DNA from: Candidatus Latescibacterota bacterium
Lineage (GTDB): Bacteria > Latescibacterota > UBA2968 > UBA8231
NCBI GenBank assembly: GCA_965248265.1
Contig: CBDFJF010000002.1
Coordinates: 160,001-224,000, forward strand
Length of the DNA stretch: 64,000 bases
Reading direction: 5' to 3'
A model generated the notes under the pieces. That model was not told the origin of the DNA and ran no database searches. It saw nothing but the letters and a program-made list of their open reading frames with translations. Each line of letters opens with the position of its first letter. Positions within the stretch are counted from its first letter, which is position 1. Of this stretch, positions 59,101-64,000 are shown in pieces. The position numbers were made by a program, and so were the translations under genes.

Positions 59101-60224
59101 TCGCAAGTGTCAGCGGGGGGCAAGGCAATGTCGCCAGCGGCAACACCTCCACTATTAGCGGAGGCCTCACCAACATTGCCACCGACGATTACTGCGTAGT
59201 CGCAGGTGGCTGGGTCAACCAGGCCGGCGACAATGCGGGGACGACGGGTGATGAGCCTTACGCAACAGTCGGTGGGGGCAGCGGGAACACTGCAGGAGTT
59301 GACTACGCAACCGTCGGAGGCGGCAACGGGAACAGCGTTACCGGCTCCTTCGGTTCTATCAGTGGCGGTCAGACCAACACTGCCAGTGGCACGCATGCTA
59401 CCGTGGGTGGTGGATTCGGAAACACTGCAAGTGCACCCTACAGCATCGTAGGCGGCGGCAACACAAATACAGCAACCCTATCCTACGCGACCGTCGGCGG
59501 CGGCCTGAATAACGACGCTACTCACAACTATGCGACTGTTGCGGGTGGAGGTAACAACGACGCCAGCGAACAGTATTGCGCCATCGGAGGCGGCATCAAC
59601 AACGTTGCTAGCGCGCTCTATTCCACGGTGTCTGGAGGGCACACCAACACCGCCTCTGGCCAATATTCCATGGTGCCTGGAGGGCACATCAACAGCGCCA
59701 CCGCCACGTTCAGTTTCGCAGCTGGCAGGCGAGCGAAGGCCAATCACAGCGGTGCCTTTGTGTGGGGCGACGATACAGATGCAGATATTGCATCCGCTGC
59801 AGCCAATCAGTTCATCGCGCGTTCGGTTGGGGGTGCAACTTTTTACACCAACACAGGCTTGACGACGGGCGTCACCGTTGGTGCGGGTGGTGGTTCGTGG
59901 TCCAGTGTCAGCGACCGAAACGTCAAAGAGAATTTTGCCCCCGTCGACAAGCGCGAGGTGCTCGAAAAGCTGGCGTCAATACCGATTGAGACCTGGAACT
60001 ACAAGAGTCAGGAGGATGCAATCCGACACATGGGTCCGATGGCGCAGGATCTGCATTCGGCGTTCGGCGTTGGTGAGGACGAACGACATATCACCGCAGT
60101 TGACGCCGACGGCATTGCCATGGCGGCAATCCAGGGTCTGTATGAGATCGTGCAACAAAAGGATACCCGGATCGTTGCTCTTGAGGCACGGCTGTATGCT
60201 TTGGAGGCCAAGCTGGCAGAGTGA
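56121..60224 (+). CDS. Secreted trimeric fibre/adhesin-like protein with VTSAKIAD and GGGxxNxA repeats and a C-terminal peptidase S74 intramolecular chaperone
   Basis: Sec signal, 'IAYMGYLTD...ITFRLY...FSVVLG' N-domain, many repeats and 'SDRNVKENF...WNYK...HMGPMAQD...AIQGL' plus coiled coil. Confidence 0.88.
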   Translation: MKRLLLVASLLAALPAQAQETVPKTIAYMGYLTDASGDVVDDGDHTITFRLYEQAAGGVVVWEASRTVTTGDGLFSVVLGETVSLAEVPFDRPYYLGISIGAGDELAPRIPLVASAYSLHAKSVEAGAVGTEQLADDSVTGAKVADAAVGTAQLADGSVTADKVADAAITSDELAADAVTAVKIASGAVVTSVNNVTGGVTVTGGDNVSVATNGSIVTITATGSELADDSVTSAKIAADAVTATQIAADAVGNSELADVAVSTAKIQDASVTSTKLATDTAVLSLNEATNDVTLVEGANIDIVRVGQNITISTTGGNEVGTGDIADNSITSAKIIDSAIAEADLGADAVTSAKIADGTIAAADLATNSVGSDEITAGAVGGAELGADAVTSAKIGDGTILAADIAAAQVVTSVNNLEDAVTLAAGSNIAITPTGNTLTIDATAGGDITGVTAGTGLANGGTTGDVTLDIAAGGVGTTELAAGAVTSAEIANATIVAGDVAAGAVVKTVNSLTDAVTLAAGTNMAIAPSGNTLTFNATDTDTDTDTQNTLDQAYDEPTAGAGRTITADNGAVDIAGAGGLTVNGNVGIGTTSPTAKVHITNGSLLLNGTTGAIPATGAGTRLMWYPAKAAFRAGSVTGTHWDDGSVGLNSTVGGGSNNQAGGADATIGGGNTNNVSGAQATIGGGISNIASGNQSTVGGGNTNTASAVNAAVGGGASNQATATNATVAGGGANIASAINATVAGGNVNTVSGDYGFIGSGNSNNVTDHFGTIGGGSSNQAGDNAGTTADATNATVGGGISNTATATYATVGGGLTNAATLSAATVSGGANNTAAGNQGVIGGGSGNDVTDDYGTIGGGQNNQAGDNAGVVTDRQYATVGGGVSNTASGAQSTIGGGTTNTANAQNATVGGGTGNTASGVNSTLAGGALNNAIADNSAIGGGSTNTASNTYAVVAGGLSNTASGDRATVGGGDANTATGLRATVAGGTSNSASNALASVSGGQGNVASGNTSTISGGLTNIATDDYCVVAGGWVNQAGDNAGTTGDEPYATVGGGSGNTAGVDYATVGGGNGNSVTGSFGSISGGQTNTASGTHATVGGGFGNTASAPYSIVGGGNTNTATLSYATVGGGLNNDATHNYATVAGGGNNDASEQYCAIGGGINNVASALYSTVSGGHTNTASGQYSMVPGGHINSATATFSFAAGRRAKANHSGAFVWGDDTDADIASAAANQFIARSVGGATFYTNTGLTTGVTVGAGGGSWSSVSDRNVKENFAPVDKREVLEKLASIPIETWNYKSQEDAIRHMGPMAQDLHSAFGVGEDERHITAVDADGIAMAAIQGLYEIVQQKDTRIVALEARLYALEAKLAE

Positions 60225-60764
60225 AGTGCGACCTGGAGGCGCTAACAGCCGTCGTACGCAGGCTGGAAGCGATGGCGGCTGTGGAGACGGAAGTAGAGCT
60301 GGCGGCGAGATGAGGGTTTTGAGGAACAAGGACTGCGGCGCTCTTGTCCTGCTATCGCAACTCCTTGACCGATAGTTGGTGCACCGCCTCATGGGAGGTG
60401 AACCCGATCCGCCAATCCGTTGATGGGGAGGGATCAACACAGCGCCCATGGACGCGCCGTCTGCATTCTTTGCCCCAAACCCTCGTTGCGGAGACTACTA
60501 CCCTTGCCGTACGAGAGCCGCAATCCGGTCCTTCACCTTTTCGGGCAGGCTGTCCCAAGCAGAGACGACGACCGCCAGATCGTCCGGCAGATTCTGTTGC
60601 ACGTATGTTGCACACTTTGGGTGCTCAGATATGTCCTGATTCTGTATTGAAAGTGCGTTCTTCTGCTTGCCACCTCTACTGGCCGATTGTTCTAACGCAC
60701 TGATCTGTTTGGTTTTCGCACTGTTTTGTGAAGGTTCTGTTGTTTCAGAAACTACTTCGGTTTG

Positions 60765-60791
60765 GGGTTCAACTCCCGCCGCCTCCACCAT
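60765..60791 (+). repeat. 27-bp duplicate of the ssrA 3' end (att site)
   Basis: GGGTTCAACTCCCGCCGCCTCCACCAT, identical to 11868-11894. Confidence 0.95.
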
Positions 60792-60795
60792 ATTG

Positions 60796-60836
60796 AAAAG
60801 GGCGTGACTCTCTGAAATAGGGGGTTGCGCCTTTTT
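60796..60836. terminator. Terminator after att (copy B)
   Basis: AAAAGGGCGTGACTCTCT-gaaat-AGGGGGTTGCGCCTTTTT. Confidence 0.75.
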
Positions 60837-60985
60837 GTTCTGGGCCCGCTCTACGGGCAGATGATCGTGTCGAACATGGGCATACACATCGCCCATTTAG
60901 TGGCCCAAGAACGGCAAAAATCGTCGGAAAGAGGTTTCACAGGAGTTATACTGAGTAGAATGAATCTCACTCAGGAGACTTTCTG

Positions 60986-63900
60986 ATGAAACGCCTATTG
61001 CTACTCGCGTCATTATGGCTGGCTGCCCTTCCGACCGTACAGGCACAGGACACGGTACCTAAGACGATCGCTTACATGGGCTACCTGACCGACTCCTCTG
61101 GGGACGTTGTCGATGATGGCGACCACACGATCACCTTTCGCCTTTATGAGCAGGCAGCAGGGGGTGTCGTGGTATGGGAGGCGAGCCGTACGGTGACGAC
61201 GGGCGACGGGCTCTTCAGTGTGGTGCTGGGCGAGACTGTGTCTCTTGTTGAGGTGTCGTTTGACCGCCCCTACTACCTGGGTATCTCGATCGGGGCAGGT
61301 GATGAACTGGCTCCGCGCATACCCCTGGTAGCCTCTGCCTACAGCCTTCATGCCAAGAGTGTCGAAGCGGGTGCCGTGGGTACGGAGCAGCTTGCCGATG
61401 ACTCGGTGACCGGCGCCAAGGTCGCGGATGCTGCGGTAGGCACGGCGCAGTTAGCCGACGGCTCTGTGACCACGGACAAGGTTGCGGATGCAGCGATCAC
61501 GAGCGCCGAGCTGGCGGCTGACGCGGTGACGGCAGTCAAGATTGCTTCGGGTGCGGTGGTCACGAGCGTGAACAATGTCACCGATGGGGTCACGGTCACG
61601 GGTGGCGACAACGTATCCGTGGCCACCAATGGCAGCATCGTGACTATTACGGCCACAGGCTCAGAGCTGGCCGATGATTCCGTGACCTCGGCCAAGATCG
61701 CCGCCGACGCGGTAACGGCGGCACAAATCGCTGCTGATGCGGTGGGTAGTTCTGAATTGGCAGATGACGCCGTGTCCACTGCGACGATACAGGACGCGGC
61801 GGTGACGGCTGCCAAGGTAGCCGCTGGGACGGCCGTGTTGAGCCTGAACGAAGTCACCGACGCTATTACCCTGGTTGAAGGTGCCAACATCGAGATTATT
61901 GAAGTTGGACAGAACATCACGATTGGCACTACCGGTGGGAACGAAGTCGGTACCGGCGACATAGCGGATAACTCGATCACAAGTGCCAAGATCATTGACA
62001 GCGCCATCGCGGAGGCCGATCTGGCAACCGATGCGGTGACGAGCGCGAAGATCGTCGATGGGACTATCGTGGCCGCTGACATCGCCGGTGGAGCCGTGGT
62101 CAGCAGCGTTAACACCCTTACAGATGCGGTCACATTGGCGGCGGGTACGAACATCGCCATCAATCCCGTGGGAAATACTCTGACTATCGATGCCACTGCT
62201 GGGGGCGACATTACCGGTGTAACTGCGGGTACTGGCCTTACTGGCGGGGGCACGACAGGCGATGTCACCGTTGATATCGATGCAGGCGGGGTGGGTACCA
62301 CCGAATTGGCGGCCGACGCGGTTACCAGCGGGAAAATCGCCGACGCAACCATTGTCGCCGCTGACATCGCCACAGGCGCTGTAGCCACCGATGAAATCCT
62401 GGACGCCACCATCGCCACAGCCGATCTGGCCAATGACGCGGTGACGAGTGCGAAGATCGCGGCCTCGACCATTATGGCCGCAGACATTGCCGCAGGTGCC
62501 GTGGTCAAGACGGTGAACGGGCTCACCGACGCCGTAGTCCTGGACGCGGGGACCAACATCACAATCACACCGGCTGGCAATACGCTGACTATTGACGCTG
62601 GCAGCGGTATGGAGAATACCCTTGACGAAGCCTACAACGAGGGTGGAGCGGGAGCCGGCCGGATCATCACGGCGGACAATGGTGCCGTCGATATCCAGGG
62701 CACAGACGGCCTGACCGTCAGCGGCAATGTCGGCATCGGCCAGACGAGCCCGACGGGGCGCCTCGAAGTCAAAGGCACGGGCAATACTTCGGGCACTTAC
62801 GCGTTCAATGCCAGCAATAGCGACGGCAACACTATCCTCCACATGCGCGACGATCAGAGAGTGGCGATCGGCTACACAGCACCATTAAATCGCTTTTCGT
62901 TGCTGGCATCGGCAGACAACACCATGGACTTCGCGTTGATCAAGCACGACGCCTCCGCTCAAATCGTCCGCATCGGCGAGCAGAGCGGCGACGGTGTCAT
63001 CGGCATCTACGATTCGGGGCTCAACTCCTTCAACCATTGGCTGGAGGGCAACGACGGCTCGCACTCGAGTCTGGCAGTGCTGACAAGCTCGCGGTTGGGC
63101 ATCGGAGTCGCTTCACCGGCGTCCAAGTTAGAGGTCGGAGGCGGCGCGGTGCTTTTCGACGGGACGGCGGGGACCACGCCGACCTCGGGAGCCGGAACGC
63201 GACTGATGTGGATTCCAGCCAAAGCCGCGTTCAGAGCGGGCGCGGTGACTGGCACTCAATGGGATGATGCCAGCATCGGCCTCAACACGACGGTCGCCGG
63301 AGGGAAGGACAACGTCGCCAGCAGCAGCTACGCAACTGTTGGCGGTGGCCAAGACAACCTCGCACAGACCAACACACACGCAACAGTTGGAGGTGGATTC
63401 AACAACAACGCAAGTGGGCAATACGGGATCGTGGCGGGGGGCCGAAACAACACTGCCAGCGGCTCGGACGCGGTTGTTGTCGGCGGCTCCTCCAATACGG
63501 CAAGTGCCGATCTCTCTGTGGTTGGAGGCGGCGCCACCAACACAGCAAGCGGAATCAAGGCGACTGTCGGCGGCGGACAAACAAACACCGTCACCGATGA
63601 CTACAGCGTCGTGGGCGGAGGCCAGAACAATCAGGCAGGCAATAATGCAGGCACGACAGCCGATAGGCAACATGCAACGGTCGCTGGCGGCGTCAGCAAT
63701 ACAGCAAGCGGCGTCGAGTCCACTGTTTCAGGCGGCACGACGAACGTCGCGAGTGGACCTCAGTCAACCGTTGGCGGCGGCGACAGCAACACGTCAAGCT
63801 CTACCTACACCACGGTTGCCGGTGGGCTGACGAATACTGCGGTCCTGACAGGTGCCACAGTTGGCGGCGGCAGCCTCAACGACGCCACGAACAACTGGGC

Positions 63901-64000
63901 AACCGTGGCAGGCGGCAACAACAACGACGCCAGCTCGCAATATTCCACCATCAGCGGCGGCGTCAACAACATTGCAAGTGGCCTCTATTCCACCGTGCCG
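60986..64000 (+). CDS. Paralogous secreted fibre/adhesin-like protein B, runs off window
   Basis: ATG at 60986: MKRLLLLASLWLAALPTVQAQDTVPKTIAYMGYLTDSSG…. Near-identical to gene A over the first ~0.75 kb, with the same repeat architecture. Missing from the ORF track because it has no stop. Confidence 0.9.
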   Translation, partial: MKRLLLLASLWLAALPTVQAQDTVPKTIAYMGYLTDSSGDVVDDGDHTITFRLYEQAAGGVVVWEASRTVTTGDGLFSVVLGETVSLVEVSFDRPYYLGISIGAGDELAPRIPLVASAYSLHAKSVEAGAVGTEQLADDSVTGAKVADAAVGTAQLADGSVTTDKVADAAITSAELAADAVTAVKIASGAVVTSVNNVTDGVTVTGGDNVSVATNGSIVTITATGSELADDSVTSAKIAADAVTAAQIAADAVGSSELADDAVSTATIQDAAVTAAKVAAGTAVLSLNEVTDAITLVEGANIEIIEVGQNITIGTTGGNEVGTGDIADNSITSAKIIDSAIAEADLATDAVTSAKIVDGTIVAADIAGGAVVSSVNTLTDAVTLAAGTNIAINPVGNTLTIDATAGGDITGVTAGTGLTGGGTTGDVTVDIDAGGVGTTELAADAVTSGKIADATIVAADIATGAVATDEILDATIATADLANDAVTSAKIAASTIMAADIAAGAVVKTVNGLTDAVVLDAGTNITITPAGNTLTIDAGSGMENTLDEAYNEGGAGAGRIITADNGAVDIQGTDGLTVSGNVGIGQTSPTGRLEVKGTGNTSGTYAFNASNSDGNTILHMRDDQRVAIGYTAPLNRFSLLASADNTMDFALIKHDASAQIVRIGEQSGDGVIGIYDSGLNSFNHWLEGNDGSHSSLAVLTSSRLGIGVASPASKLEVGGGAVLFDGTAGTTPTSGAGTRLMWIPAKAAFRAGAVTGTQWDDASIGLNTTVAGGKDNVASSSYATVGGGQDNLAQTNTHATVGGGFNNNASGQYGIVAGGRNNTASGSDAVVVGGSSNTASADLSVVGGGATNTASGIKATVGGGQTNTVTDDYSVVGGGQNNQAGNNAGTTADRQHATVAGGVSNTASGVESTVSGGTTNVASGPQSTVGGGDSNTSSSTYTTVAGGLTNTAVLTGATVGGGSLNDATNNWATVAGGNNNDASSQYSTISGGVNNIASGLYSTVP

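Larger units (their letters stand above)
55697..60791 (+). mobile_element. 5.1-kb integrase-less unit bounded by ssrA 3'-end copies (cassette A)
   Basis: Left CCTCCACCAT; right 27-bp exact ssrA 3' copy. Contains one large gene. The next unit starts with the same terminator and leader. Confidence 0.6.

Noticed and set aside
56477-62842. Long minus-strand ORFs opposite the fibre genes, and other long antisense ORFs throughout the window
   Set aside because: Typical antisense shadows of GC-rich, repetitive coding sequence.

Overview
GC-rich bacterial chromosome segment. The diderm envelope genes and the FlgD-Ig and 'SWxxIK' C-terminal signals suggest an FCB-superphylum host such as Latescibacterota (inference). 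1-11.9 kb is core genome: 5' end of pckA, a YugP-type Zn-peptidase, the AmmeMemoRadiSam trio, a secreted protein, TamB/TamA-type genes and the tmRNA gene ssrA (11541-11893, tag ANDNSYALAA). A ~43.8-kb island is integrated at the ssrA 3' end (core CCTCCACCAT at 11885 and 55697). It carries a DUF2924/large serine recombinase/LexA-like module, a broken primase-helicase with an iteron-like origin, decayed prophage tail genes, two copies of a tyrosine-recombinase/structured-noncoding/dif-like-site/terminase-small-like module, many IS elements or remnants (ISL3, IS4, IS1595, ISKra4, IS21, IS66, IS3) and a series of intact secreted or outer-membrane cargo genes. To its right is a tandem array of at least two units. 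Each starts with an ssrA 3'-end copy, the same terminator and leader, and a giant secreted Gly-rich fibre gene. Unit A is complete, has no integrase and encodes a C-terminal S74 chaperone domain; unit B runs off the window. The most novel-looking signals are this ssrA-anchored fibre-gene cassette array and the recombinase + covarying RNA-like element + dif-like site module. All family assignments are from motif recognition, not database searches.
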